The notes beneath the pieces are model-generated. The model made no database searches. It worked only from the letters and a program-made list of their open reading frames with translations, and was not told the origin of the DNA. From Orbicella franksi (taxonomy: Eukaryota), in assembly GCA_964199315.1 (NCBI GenBank), contig OZ116703.1, positions 26,040,001-26,104,000 of the forward strand: a DNA stretch of 64,000 nucleotides, written 5' to 3'. This document shows, piece after piece, positions 14,601 through 29,600 of the stretch (position 1 is its first letter; the number at the start of each line of letters is the position of its first letter). The translations under genes were made by a program, and so were the position numbers.

Positions 14601-17600
14601 AAAGCAGTAATACAGGAGCCATGGCCAGAGCAGTCAGATCCCCAGCCAGGACAACCTTTCGTGGCACACGTGGAACCTCGCCAGCCTTCAAATCCACAGT
14701 CGCATGTATTATTTGTACAATTGCCATGTCCAGAGCACTCCTGGTCGCACGATACACCACTGTAGCAATCATGACACTGACAGACAAATAAACCATCGCT
14801 TGTTTCTTGGGGAGTACCATGTTCACATTCAGTCTCACAGGCTCGACCCATCCACCCTTTATCACAAGAACAGAAAGATGTGAATCCAAACGTCTCACAA
14901 GTACCATGGCCTCCGCACATTGGGGTACCGGGGCAAGCAGGCTCCTCACATCCCCGTCCAGCCCATCCTGGATTGCAGTCACACGTCTGAGTGGCGCTGT
15001 TACAAGTACCGCGTCCAGAACAATCGAGGTTGAACAAACCGGGGCACCCTTTCTTTTCACAAAATTGTCCACGCCAACCTTCAAAACCACAGTAGCATGT
15101 CTCATTAACGCATGTGGCATTAGGTCTCGAAGAACAGAACTCATCGCACTCTATTCCACTGAAGCAAGGCTCACAGTCACAAATGGTTGGATCATCTTTG
15201 TTTTGAGTGCCGTTTACGCAAGGCGTTTCACAGGCTATTCCTGCCCAGCCTGGCTCGCAGTCACCACAGTAAGGAGTCTCAGCTGGTATACATTGACCTC
15301 GATTGTTGCAATCAGGTTCACCAGGACAGTCAGTTTGCTCACAGCCAATCCCTGTGCAACGGAAAAGTTCCAATCAGATGTTATTACCTCAAATTTTGCC
15401 TTACTTTTCTATTGAGCATATAAATGAAACTTATTACATGATATAGAAGTAACCAATCACAGTAGAGTCCTTCAGGAGAAAAATGCATGTTACGTTGTAT
15501 TTTAGTGGGATTCTAAATAATTGCATTATGACAATACCCAAGAGCGTACAATCGAAAAGGCTAAAAAGGTGACTCTGAATACGACACATTTGATCAAAGT
15601 TGGTTCCTTAAACTAAAAGAAGCAAATCGCAAATAACTTCAACGCTATGTTAATAAAAAAATACGCCCTATAAATCTAAACACAATCAAGAGCGTATAAA
15701 AACAGCCTTTTTTAAATTTTTAATTTTTAATTTTCGTGTAACGCAAACAGACAATGTAATTATTCGATGGTTTAAAGGGCTGTTGCGTTCCTTACGCTGA
15801 AGCACTACAGCGCAGTATCAACACTGGGCACAATGCACGAAAACTGCAACAACATTATTACCAAGAACCAGATGGAAAATCACACGACATAATTTTTCCA
15901 TATGTGTCAGTTCCCAGTAATTGTAGGGCTCGTTAGGATGTAGTCGCTCGGACGGAGTGCTATTGAAAATTAAAAACGGTTTCCTTATTGTTTAGTGCTT
16001 GGTGGGATTGACCAGTTCTTTCTTCACCTAATAATCTCTCCCATGTAGGCAACAAGTTGTGGTCAGGTATAATGGCAAAATATCAAACATAAATAAACAG
16101 GCTTACCACTCCACCCAGCATCGCAGATACACGTTTGTAAAGACGTCAGACATTGTCCATGCCCTGAGCAGTCTTTCTTGTAACCAGGACATCCTTTCTT
16201 TTCACAATATTGTCCTCGCCAGCCTATAAACCCACAGTCGCATTGTCCATCTACACACTGAGAACTATGGTTGGAGCACAGCATGTCACAGGCGGCTCCA
16301 TTGTAGCACTTGTCACAGACGCAAATATGATCACTAGTTGGAGTCCCAAATTTGCAGGGTTTTTCACAAGCTACGCCCATCCATCCTTTTGAGCAATTGC
16401 ACTTTGGTGTTTCATCGTCTGTTGTGGGTGCAATACACGTGCCATGCGCATTGCAGTCAGGGGTACCAGGGCAGTCCGGAATATCGCATGCCCGACCTGA
16501 CCAGGCAGGATCGCATTGGCACTGCTTGAGCGCTCCGTTACAGCTTCCATGATTGCTACAGTCAAATGGGAATCCGGGACAACTTTTGATCTCACACACG
16601 TCACCTTTGAATCCCATGTCTTTATCGCATATACACTTGTCATTTACACAGCTACCATGTAACGAGCATTCAAGATCACAACCAGATCCAGAGAAACACG
16701 GGTCGCAAATACAGCCTGAAGAGTTTCCGTAGTTTGTTCCATTTATGCAAGGCAGTTCGCACATCTCACCAGCCCACTGCGGCTCACAATTGCACCTTCT
16801 TGGATTTGAGTTGCTACAACTTCCATGGCCAGAACAGAGCGGTTTTCCTGGACAGTCTGGGGTGCTACAATCGTCTCCGGCCCATCCTTGCGCGCATATA
16901 CATTTCTTAGAATTTGTGTCACAAAAACCATGATCAGGGCTCGTACATTGCCCTGGACATCCCGGCAGCTCACAGTATTCCCCCATAGCAGCAGCTCCTG
17001 GCTCTTGGCCACAATTACATTTGTTGTTGATGCATTCGCCAAACCCGGAACACTCACTTTGGCATCCACTTCCAGTGAAGCAGGGATCACAGACGCATAT
17101 ACCATCTTTAGGGTGACCGTGCACGCAGGGATCGTTGCAAGCTGGACCCATCCAGCCTTGAATACAGTCTGTGCACTCTGGTGTCACGCGATTAGTTGTG
17201 TTACAGTGACCACGACCAAAACAGTTTGGAATACCGGGACAATCCGGGATGTGACACCCAACACCAGTCCAACCTAAAAAGTAGACATTAAACGATATAA
17301 AGTAGTAAGATTTGCATTCCTCACAGGCTGATTAAAATATATCCATAAAGTAACCACAAGATTCGTGCCAGTGTCAGGCATGATCAACAAAAACGGTACA
17401 TTTGCAAATTAACTGTAACTTATAAGAGGACACTAGGTGCAGTTGTATTCAGTCAAGAATAGTAACCGAAGAACAAATTAACCTCCTACTGTCATGGCTT
17501 AATCATATGAATATAAAATACTGTCGTGGTTTAATTATATGAATATAATCAACTGAAAACTCTCCAAGCTTTGTAAGAAGATAATGAAATCTTCCCCGCC

Positions 17601-20600
17601 AAATCAGATGCAGACATAGAACCAATTGGAAGTTGACTGTCTGTCAAATATTGAACTGCTTTACATCGAGGACTGTTTCTATGCCTGCAAGAAAGGCTCC
17701 CATGGTTTCGGTTAATGCTTTATCCTGCCAAACAAGACCTTCCGCAATAACACAACCAAATGTTCTCCTTTGCCTACCTGGTAGACAGATGCATTGATGG
17801 TTTGCACTGTCACATTTTCCATTTCCACTGCAGTCTCTTCCATTAGAACCTGGACATCCAGGCACTTCACATAGGGAGCCTCGCCAACCAGTGAGTTGAT
17901 CACACTGACACTTATTTCCGACACAAATTCCGTGTCCTGTGCACTCCACATTGCATCCGCGACCTGTGAAGCAGTGATCACAGACACAATTTCCACTGTC
18001 CATTGGCACCTGTGTTCCGTTTGTGCAAGGATCTTCACAAGCAGGACCCATCCAGCCAGCTATACAGTTGGTACACGTCGGAGGATTAGAGCTTTCGTTG
18101 CAGAAACCTTGAAAAAATAAACAGACAAAATGAACGAGAATGCAAAAGGATGAAGTCACTATTGTTAGACCTGCTGTGTGAATCCACACCCTATCTGTGT
18201 GTGTCTCTCTGTCGGTCTGCCTTCCTGTCTGTCTTTCAGAAGAAAAAAAGATTCTGACTGTAAAAGGCTATGCTATCTCGCAAGGCTCACTTTTACATGA
18301 GACTACTAACAACAAAATAACAATAATTGTCTCCGACATAATTGAAACGTTCAAAGTTTCCCTATGGTAACGGCCTTTTTGTATCTAATGGTTACAATCT
18401 AACCCTCTTATTGAATTAAAGTAATTTCACCCAATTGACTGCAAAGTACAAAGCAAGCAGCTGTTTCTCAAATACAATACTGGACAAAAAACTCTATGAA
18501 ACTAAATTTCAACTATTTGAATACTTTTACCTCTGTTTGCACAGTCTGGATTTCCAGGACAGTCTGCGATGTGACATCCATCACCTGTCCAGCCATTCTG
18601 GCAGATACATGTATGAAGGGCACTGTTACATTCGCCATGACCCGAACAATCCTCACCATCTCCTGGACATCCGGGATTTTCGCAGAACGTTCCGCGCCAT
18701 CCAACATCACACTGGCACTTGTCATTCACAATCGTTCCATGTTCTGAGCATTCACTGTCGCACCCTACACCCACCCAGCCTGGCTCACAAACGCAGTTAC
18801 CGCTGTCCATTGGAGTCTGTTGACCGTGTACACAAGGATCATTGCATGCTGGTCCCATCCAGCCCTTAGAGCAGTTTTGACACTTAGGGGGATCTACAGA
18901 AGCGTTGCATAGTCCTCGTTCAAAGCAGTTAGGGGATCCTGGACAGTTGGGGATTTCACACCCCTGGCCAGCCCAGCCTTCGTTACATGTGCAAATGTGG
19001 GTGACTGAATTGCAGATTCCGTGGCCTGTGCAGTCGGATCCAATACCAGGACAGCCTGGGTTATCACAGAGGTCTCCTCGCCATCCCACATCACAAATAC
19101 AGCTGTTGTTGACTATTTTACCGTGCTCGGAACATTCACTATCACAACCAACACCTTAAAGAAACCAAAATAGCAATTATTTATTTTGGTAGGTCAGTCC
19201 ATAGAAAATCTATATATCAACCAAATCACACCTATAATCCGCGAAACATCACACCTCAAGTAAAAAGTATCGTAATTACGGTAGTTTTAAAGTTACATAG
19301 TGATAGTACCTGATAGCTTTTCTCTTACCTGAGTATCCTGGCCAACAGACGCACTGTCCACTGTCCATCGGAACTTGTTCTCCATACTTGCATGGGTCAG
19401 CACATGCAGGTCCCATCCAGCCAGGAGTGCAGTTTTGACATTGAGGAGGACTCATAGTAGCATTACAGTACCCGCGGTCATTGCAGTTGGGTGCGCCAGG
19501 GCAGTCTGGAATGTGACAACCGATACCTGCCCACCCGGGGTAGCACGTGCACTCGTGACTGGCGCTATTGCAGTCACCATTACCAGTACAATCTTCACCG
19601 AGGCCAGGACATCCAGGCACTTCGCAAACGTCACCTCGCCAGCCTTTGAGAGGATCACAGTCGCAAATGCCGCTTTCCGAACACGTACCACGACCCATGC
19701 AAAGAGAGTCACAGCCTTTCCCAGCCCAGCAAGGTTCGCATTTGCAAAATCCACTGTCCATTGGTTCTTGAACACCATGAACACAAGGATCATCGCAGGC
19801 TGGGCCCATCCACCCGATGGAGCAGTTAATGCACGTCACGATGGTGCCGTTTATGGTTGCACATGTCCCCCGATTATAACAATCCGGCTCGCCTGGACAG
19901 TCAGGTTGGCTGCAGTCGTCGCCACGCCACCCCGGGTTACAGAAACACGTGAGAAGGGCACTGTTGCATATGCCATTTCCAGAGCAGTCGTTTGGACACT
20001 TGGGAACTTCGCAGTAATCGCCCTTCCATTTACTGTCGCAGATACAGGTATCATTATTGCACGAGCCGTGTCCTGAGCATAAAGAATGGCAATGCGTTCC
20101 AATGAAGCAGGGATTGCATTTGCACTTGCCGCCAATGCAACTACCATTATCCGAACATTCGTACCTACAGTCCTCGCCGGTATAACATGGATCACACACA
20201 CACTTTCCAGTCACGCTGCATCGTCCATTTCCATGACAGTCACGTGTTGCGTTACAGTGATGTTCGCATCGATAACCAACATAGCCGGGATCACAGTCGC
20301 AGCCGCCAAACGCAGCGCACCGTCCGTGTCCAAGACACGTGATTGAGGGATCGCAGTGGTACCCACAGTTCACGCCATAATATCCTGCATCGCACGTGCA
20401 ATTTCTTTGTTGAGCTGAAAATGTTCCGTGTCCACTGCAGTGGTGACCGTCTGAACAAATTTGTCCATTGTATCCGTTGCCAGCACTCCCGTTACCCTTG
20501 GCGCCGCCGGATACATCCCTGTTTCGAATAACGTCCCGCCTTATGTGATCGGGTGAGAAGTGACGAAGGTGTCCCCCTCCACCCCCACCACCATCGTAAT

Positions 20601-23600
20601 ACTTCCAAGTACGGCAAGGATTGCCACTGCAACATTCAGAATGAGAGCTCCCTATACCTCCTTTGACAGTAAGGTGGCCGTGTCCTTCAAAGTGTCTCCC
20701 AGCAACCCAAAGAGTTCCACCGCTCGCCCCGCCTCTCCCAGTGTCTCCATCACTTCCATCTGCCTTGATTGAACCATCGAGCTCCAAGAGGTTCTCAACA
20801 CTTACGTACGCGATTCCTCCACCGGAAGCTGAGCTCCACCCTCCGCCACTTCCGGCCTGTTCAGCGGTACATACATTTTCGTAAGGGCTACCACCTGCAA
20901 AATAAAGAGGGTCTCACAATACATGCAGATGAAACAAGAAAATAGAACACAACATCTCTAATGGCACTGCTTATTCTTCGGCGTAAACACACCACTTAGT
21001 CTACACGTTCGTTGTCATGACGTGAAGGAGCTAACAGTAATAAGATATATTTGACCAGAACAATGTTCCTGTGAAATAGATATACTTCCTATATTATTTC
21101 CAGCCCCTGGCTACAAAAACCACCTTGAAATGACTAACTTCGGGGCTATGAAGAACGTTAATCAGCATAGTTATTTTCAATGTATTAATGTTGCTTTTAG
21201 TAATACATGATCAGTTGCTAGAACATTGTAACCTAACAGTCGAATTACAAAGATAAAAGCAATAACTAAATCCTTAAAAAATGCGAATTATTCGTTTGAA
21301 GGACTTAGACCCGACGAAATGTCTGCCCTCTGCTAACCCTCTGCGTTTAGACGATGCCCCAGTCACGTTAGGCCACCAAAACGAACAAATGTTCGTACCT
21401 GCAGTTGAACTACTTGGACAATGCCCACATCCAGTCCAATATCCGGAACCTCCTGCGCCACCATGACCAGCCCCAAATACTCCTGAGCAGGTTCCAAGGC
21501 TTCCAGGCCCCTGCTGGGAAGGCCAACCAGAATACGACGCGTCGGTGGTTGCGTCAAACTCAATGCTGAAATAATCCGTCAGTACGTTGACAGTATCGGC
21601 TTTGAGTGATCCAGTGTAGTCTAGTGCAGTTTCACGAACATGGAGATGCACCGATTGGGTAGCGATGTTCCGGGACGAACTCTGCACTTCAAAGATCGCC
21701 CCAAGGGAGATTTTAAGCTTCCTGAACCAGTAATGGCCGATGGTAGGTGTTGTGTAAGTGGTGTTACATTCCAGGCAAGCTGACTGGCCTTTTTCTGTTA
21801 CAAGGGTGGCAACATTGGAAGACAATCTTAGTTCCTCTATGCCGTGGATTTCACCGTTGACTGTCAGAGCTGACGTCCTGGTACCTCGTAGGGTGGTACG
21901 AACGGGAAGTACAATCTGACCTCCTGTATTCGCTTGGTAGTTGACGGGCGCTTCGGTGCGAATGCTGTGCGTCTCAGCGTATATCCGGGTATTTTGTAAC
22001 GCAAGTAACAAGCCCGTTTTGTCACCTGTGGCTTTTCTGGCGTACAGTTCTGAAACCATTCCAGAAACCTTAAAGAAAGTAAACAACGATCCTTAACAAC
22101 GAACCTAGGATTTCCCCGAGGATTACAGGGCACTAATAAACTGCACAGAAACGTCCTCCTTCATTTTTCAGTCATTTTAGTAATCATAAAAAAAGTGTCC
22201 TAAAGAAAATGACTTGACCTAAAAGTTTGGTGGAAAAAGAATCCAGCCAGAAGTATCATGTGAGATACATCTCTTGAGAGTTCTAAAGAATACACCAAGA
22301 TAAACTCTTGTTCTTAGGCCATCGTAGCTTGAATAAGAATATAATACAAACCACGGTGATAAACGTTGTATTCCGACGCATTTGAATTGAGAACTTGACG
22401 TTTCGTACGCTATAGTCAACAAGAATTTTCAAAAGTGACCATTACAAGTTTTGAAAACTATGTATCGTAAATGTTAGAGGTGTGGAACCTAGACTGAGAA
22501 AAAAATGATCTGCAGCAGTACGTTAATCTGTCTAGACATCATGAGGAGAAACAGCAAGTAAAGCAACAACTTCTCACTACTGACATTGACATATAGGGAA
22601 GGTTTTAGCACTTGAATGAACAGAGTCTCCCTAATTTTGCAATGAAAGTCCGTTTACCGGACTTTAAAATGTCAAAATGATCCCATTTTACGTTGTAACC
22701 AGTGCGGTTTTCACATGAGCAGCAATGGCTGAAGAATGGTCCCTATATGATAAATTTTGGACCTTTTAGCTCACCTCTTTGATCGCGAGTGCTCCTCGCC
22801 TGACTAGGTGAATTCTCTCAAACCGATAAAATGCAGTGTTCGTTTCGGCCAGTGTCACTAGCAACAGATCGTCCCTGTTGTTGTTATCAATCTGTATCAC
22901 GCGATAAGGCTCTTCTCCTACATTTACATCAATGTAAACTGTTCCTGGACTTCCATGTCTGTTGGTGCCACTGCTGCCACCTAAGGCAGTCAAGGCACCT
23001 CCGAAGATGAAGCTCTCTGTGAGGTTCACCGCAATACGCCCCCCTGAACCAGCTCCTTCATAACTGGGACCTGAAATAGTCACATGTGAGTTTAAAATTT
23101 CGTTTGCAAATGCTTAAAGTACAAACAATTTTTTTTTTTTCAGGTTTAGTTACAATTGTATATATTTGCAAATACAAAAGTGAGGATCATTTCTTCGCTT
23201 GACATTAACATGTTCATAACAAATGTAAGACAAGGCTGAGAGTTCAGTTACGCTTTTGGTTCAAACATTGAATTATTGCCTACTAAAGTTATTTCAATTG
23301 GTTTAAAGCACGTTTGGCACAAAATGTGACCCCAAAGTAATCTACGATAACAATGATTTAAGCGAGAGAATCTAGAACCAGCAAAATTTTAAAGTCTAAC
23401 TGGATACCATTTCTAACTGGTGGCAACTCTAAAGAATTTCTAACTGTAATTATAAATTATATTATATTTTAAATTGCCGTGTTTTTCTTCTCGCGAAATT
23501 CAAATAAATTGCCGATGTTGGTGTGAGGAATGGAGGCGGAACGAATTCTTCGATCACTTACTTGGTGGACGTTTACAAATATGCTAAAATCATCCTAATA

Positions 23601-26600
23601 CAGACCTCCGTGACACTCAATGGTTCCATATCCTTTGAGGAATAAGCTCTTCACAATGATGGCTCCACCGCTTCCCCCACCGGACGAGCTTGACGACTCC
23701 CCAACACCATTGGCTCTGATTGTTCCTTCCACAATCACATGACCTCCGGTCTGAATATAAAGCCATCCACCACCAGCACCGTAGCCACCACCACTTCCGG
23801 GTTCTTGGGGCCAGTAAACAGAGCCATACTGACTCCCGGAGGCTGCTCTACCACCTGGTGAGGCATGACTTCCACCCGTATGTCCAGATCCACTTCCAGG
23901 GCCACTTCCGGCTGGGTAACCAGCACCTAACGAGTCTATCAGGCCCCCACGTTCGACAATGACGTAGTCGGCGTTGATAGTCACATGGTTTGTAGCAAGG
24001 ACAAGTTGACCGCCTGATAAAAGGTGAAATTTAAGAATCAAAATATTTAGTAAGGGGATCTTTCTTTTACGTTAACCAGGTTTAAAACAGCGTTGTCGTT
24101 GTCAAGGTTCCATAGGCTGGGTTCTCGCAATCTCAAATTTTCTTGGAACGGTACATATTGCACGTCATACAAAACCCCCATCTTCGCCAACAAGTCTTGA
24201 ATTTGACAATGACTGCTTGGAATGTAAATATGCAGTTAAGGATGCCGGCATTTTAGGGTAGAATCTACAGTTTAAAGGCAGTGGCTGTTGTGTTGCTATT
24301 ACCACATTCCACGCTTTGCCTTCAGTAAGCCTACGGGCTATTACTGCAATGAATGAGAACAAGGTCCGGTCGTTCAAAACACGATTAGGCCAATGTATGT
24401 TTGGTGCGACTTTCAACATCAGATTTTTTCCCAGTTTTTTAGTACGCGTTTTGTTTATATCTTACCGTATGCCATTCAGTTTTGACTTTGATAAATGTAA
24501 CACTCCACATAAACAACGAAAATAATAAAAGACACTCTTCACTTAACTTGTAATATTGGATTCGCGCTAATCTGCCCTCAAACAACTGAGCTCAAAACTG
24601 GCAGTATAAGATGGAATGCACCCACCTTTTTTCACATTCGTGTCTGCAATATCAAGAACAACTCTGACAGGTGTCATGGTAACTTTAACCACGCCCACAT
24701 TGTTAATGATAAGCTGAGGAATGATGATGAGACCGGGAGTGAATGGATCAAATGGATTATCAGCCAGCCACTGCGACTCTTCAGGTAACATAGCAGTGTG
24801 TGCTGTACCTCCAAACTCCACCATGCCATTTCTCTCAAGAACAAGCTTTTCTACTCCAGTTAATCGTCCTCTTATGGTCGAACTTTCGCCACGTAGAATC
24901 ACCTCTGTGGGAAAGACAACCTCGGCATACTCCTCTACGAAAAATCCACACGGGGCGTCCATATAAGTGTGTGTAGACTCTACCACAAATACAAACAAGC
25001 GCTGTCTGGCCACCAGTTTGATGATTCCAGTCTTATCTCCTGTAACTTCGTGAGCGATGACTGTCACATTCTTTGCTTTCTCCGGGTGGTAGAAGGTCAC
25101 TGTGGAATGACCCTCGACCTGCATCTCGTCAAACTCGTAAAAAACCGTCTGATTTTCCATGATGACAGTCGGCGTAGCTACGTTGTTGTCTTCGTTGTTT
25201 ACCTTCACTTTGGCGTGCTCGGGTTTGAAGGAGGTTAAGTTCGCATCAGGGTTGTACTTGAGTTCACGGTATTGCGGACCGCGACGACTTTCGTACTTGT
25301 AAACCGTACCAGCTGCTCCAGCGTTATTGGGATAGCTAGAGACGCGGCCGCCAACGGAGCGGAATTTACCTAAAAAGTATAAACCTATCGATCACTAGAT
25401 TGTTCACTAAACTGCGAAGAGTATTCCAATTCAATCCCGGATACTAAAATAACAGAGTACGTCTACCGCAAAAAACATTTTAAGAGTGTTGTGCGATACG
25501 TGGTCACGTTTGAAAACTTGGTATACTTTAATGTGCAATGCATTTCTGAAGAGCTGTCTTCTAGATGACTGCTCGTAACGGTGATGCATGGTGAGCATAC
25601 GTCAGTCTAAAACACCAAATTGAAGGACCTTCAGCGATTCGTTAGGGACATAAAGGGATATAGTAACCAGACTTAATTAAACAAAACCTTCGTGACCGGT
25701 GGATTTGTACTAAAAGCGTAAGATCACCAACTTTGTAGCCACGTGTTTTTAAATTGGCGTGTATTCACGTACCACCAAAGTTATTTTGGAAATCGACATG
25801 AATTCCAATTCTTCCGCCTGATCCTCCTCCTCCATCACTTGGCGCGTCTCCCCCATTGACGTTGATTTCGCCATGTCCAGTGATGTTGGTTGTCTCCACA
25901 AGGACACTTCCTCCGCTACCTCCCCCACTGGTACTGGTTGCACTCTGCCCTTTCGATGATATGAGGCCGTCAAGGTGAATACGTTTACCAACTTGCCACC
26001 ACAGCGATCCTCCGCCTGAAAAAAAGTTTGGACAAAAAAGAAACAAAGTCATTGTCCAAGTGATCTACAAGTTAAGAACTAATTAATTTTTTTCGCGATG
26101 TCTCCTTCAGGTGATTCATCGGTTGTTTCTCTCATGTGGCTAGCTGAGAATTGCATCAGTCCTACATTCAATCAATAACGTTTAAATGAGAAACCTGTTT
26201 AGAAAAATGATAATCCAAATGGAACTCACCTGCGCCTCCACCATTCAGTTGCCCATGTCCTCCCCCACTACCAAGAGACAATGGTCTATAAACAGATCCG
26301 TAAGCACCACCTCCGTGATGATTATTGTACGACTGTCCTCCGCGTCCACCAAATCCACCTCCAGATCCTGCGCTATTTACAGAGGTCGAGCCTGCACCAG
26401 GACCGGTAGCTGCCTGGTGCCCAGCACCATCCAGCAGAACTTCACCTTTAGTTTCCACTTCAGCGAAGGTGGAATAAAATATGCCGTGGTTCACTTTCAC
26501 GGTTCCTTTGTGGAGCACTTCGAAAACAGATGACGTAACGGAAACAAGAACCTCCTGCACACGCACCAGGTCCAAGAGACCGCCTTGTTTGATTATGACA

Positions 26601-29600
26601 TGGGCAAAGGAGCAGTTGCCAGGTCGTGTGATGTCGACGTAGGTTCGGTTCTCCGTTATTGCTGTTTGTGCTGATGATGCTATCTTCAGGGTTGCTCCGT
26701 CCTCGAGGAAAAGAAAGTGTACTCCGGTCATCAGGCCATAAAGCTCAGACCGAACCCCATGGACATGGAATTCGGCAGGAAGAACGATCTCAGCTCCCTT
26801 GTCGATGCGATAACTGCATGGCGCTTCAGTTTTGTTTGTTTCAGATTCGACAACCTCCACATAGATAGTTTGGTTAATTCTCAGGTGGAATTGTCCGGTT
26901 TTGTCTCCAATGAACCTATGCGCTATCACTGTAACTTGGGTCTCATTTGGATGGTAAACGATGAGTCGTGAATGTCCAGTTAGCTCAACCTCATCAAACT
27001 CATAATGAGTTGTTCCTTCCTCCATCAGGACAGTGGCTTCAGGTACGTCATGTCCCTCGTTATCTACGTGTAAATATGTGTGATCCACAGCTAGGTAAGT
27101 CGTGTTCGTCTCTTTACTATACTTCAGTATGCGGTACTCAAGTGGACGCACATTTTCTTCCTTGTAAACTGTTCCTGCGGGTGCACCATGGTCGTTCTGC
27201 GTTCCAAATCCACCACGGTCAGTGAATTTGCCACCGTAAGTATACCTCCATCGGCAATGTATTCCTACTCGTCCCCCAGAACCCCCTCCTCCAGCTCCAT
27301 GGTTATAAGAAGACCCGCCGGTGACAGCAATCTCCCCATGTCCGGTCATATTTGTTGTCTTGATAAGAATGCTGCCACCACTGCCACCACCCGCATTTCC
27401 TCCATCTCCTTTGCCACCTTTGGCTGAAATAAGGCCGTTCAACTCAAGACGCTTACCAACTTCCCAGAGAAGCTGTCCTCCTCCACTCCCACCCGTTCCC
27501 CCGCCATTACCACCTCCACTACCAAGAACCAAGGGGCGATAAACTGAACCGTAAGCTTGTCCTCCTTCACGAGCCCCTTTTCCTCCATGACCAGCACCAG
27601 TGCCGATCGCAGTACTTCTTCCGGCACCAGGTCCCTTTTCGGCAGGATTGCCTCCTTCGTCCAAGTTGAAATGACCTTGGCTGTCCAACCAAGCAAATGT
27701 TGAAAATACTTTACCGTGGTTCATGTTCAGTTTCCCTTGATATTTTATTTTTAATTCATCAACATTAATTCTCAAGAATCCTGTGTTTTTACGGAACTCG
27801 ATATCCCCACCTTTCTTAACAATAACGACAGCAAACGAAATATTTCCTGGCTCTGATATTGCAATGTAGTTGTTGTTTTCTATGAGGGCTGTCTGTACCG
27901 TTGAATAGAAATCAGCAGTAGCACCGAACGAAACCAACAAATCCCGAACGCCAACGATCATTCCTTCAAAGATTGACCGAGTGCCATGCATGGAAAATTC
28001 CGATGGTAAAATGATCTCCCCTCCGACGTCGATCCTGTAACTGCAAGGCGCTTCGGTTTTGTTTGTCTCTGACTCTATATACTCTACAAAGATCTTTTGA
28101 TCTCGACGGATGTGAAATTGTCCACTCTTATCACCGATAAATTTATGTACCACAGCAATGACGGTAACATTTCCAGGATGGTAGACCAGAAGACGTGAGT
28201 GACCCGTTAACTCCATTTCGTCAAATTCGTAGTATGTCGTGTTTTCCTCCATCAAAACAGTTGCTCCGGGTACATCGTGGCCATCGTTGTCGATGTGTAC
28301 GTACGTGTGATCGACAGCTAACATGGTAGTGTTCGTTTCTTTCATGTATTTAAGATGACGGTACTCAAGAGGTCTAAAGTTCTCTTCCTTATAAATTGTA
28401 CCGGCAGGACCCCCATATCGGCCCTGCTGACCTCCATGGTCTGTAAACTTACCCCCGTATTTGTATCTCCACCGGCAATGAATTCCGACTCGTCCACCAG
28501 ATCCTCCACTTCCCGAACCGGTTCCAGAACCTCCTGGGACAGAGATTTCACCGTGTCCAGTCATGTTCGTAGTCGTTATTAAGATGCTGCCACCACTACC
28601 TCCCCCGGCATTCGTTCCTGTTCCATCAGTTCCCTTTGAAGACAGCAGCCCGTTGATCTGAAGTCTTTGACCAACGATCCAGAACATCGATCCTCCGCCA
28701 GAACCACCCACTCCTTGGCCATTTCCTCCACCACTGCCATACATCCGAGGAGTGTAAACAGAATCATAAGGGATTCCACCTTCTCCATGATCTGTTTTTC
28801 CACCTTCCCCACCGTGACCAGCCCCAGATCCTACATTGTTTTGGGTTGTACCATGTCCAACACCCTCTTCCGGGCCAAATCCCGTTCCATCCAGGGACAA
28901 GATACCTTCGCTTTCTATCCACGCAAATGCCGAGTAAATGTATCCGTGATTCATTGTCATCAATCCTTCATATTTGATTCTGAACTCGGAGCATCGTAAG
29001 CTCAATGTGTAGTTAAGAATACGGCTGAAAGTCAATTTTGAATTCCTTTCAACAGTTACCGTAGCAAATGAAAAGTTACCTTTCTCGTCTATCTCTACGT
29101 ATCGGCGATTCTCAACTCTGGCAGTTTGAGCAGTAGAAGAGAACTCCACGAACCCTTGACTTGCGATGATCAGATGTTCTACTCCCGTTATTCGTCCTTC
29201 TATAATGCTCCTAGTTCCATAAATGTTGACAACAGCAGGGAAGACAACTTCAGCTCCTTGATCAATCTTGTAACTACACGGTGCGGTGGTCTCATTGGTC
29301 TCCGATTCAACGACTTCCACGTATATTGTTTGGTTCACCCTTGCATGAAATCTTCCTAAGCCATCTCCGAGGAAGCGGTGAATGATGACAGTGACATTAG
29401 GACTTCCTGGAGGATGTTGGACCTGCAGGTTAGCGTGTCTAGTGAGGAACAACTCATCTAATTCATAAAACAAATGTTCACTCTCTAGCATCATTGAAGA
29501 CATCTCAGTTTTGCGATCTTCATTGTCAACTTCCATGTACCTGTGGGTTGCAGTGACGTAAGTCGTATTCGTACTCTTGTCGTACTTCAAGTCCGCATAT

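Larger units (their letters stand above)
13340..20470 (-). repeat. tenascin/teneurin-type EGF-like array (about 1,760 aa) with a 128-aa four-module higher-order repeat
   Basis: CPG..C...G.C....C.C..GW.G..C spacing; GVGCDSECSEHG recurs at a 128-aa spacing in exon 29. Confidence 0.92.
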
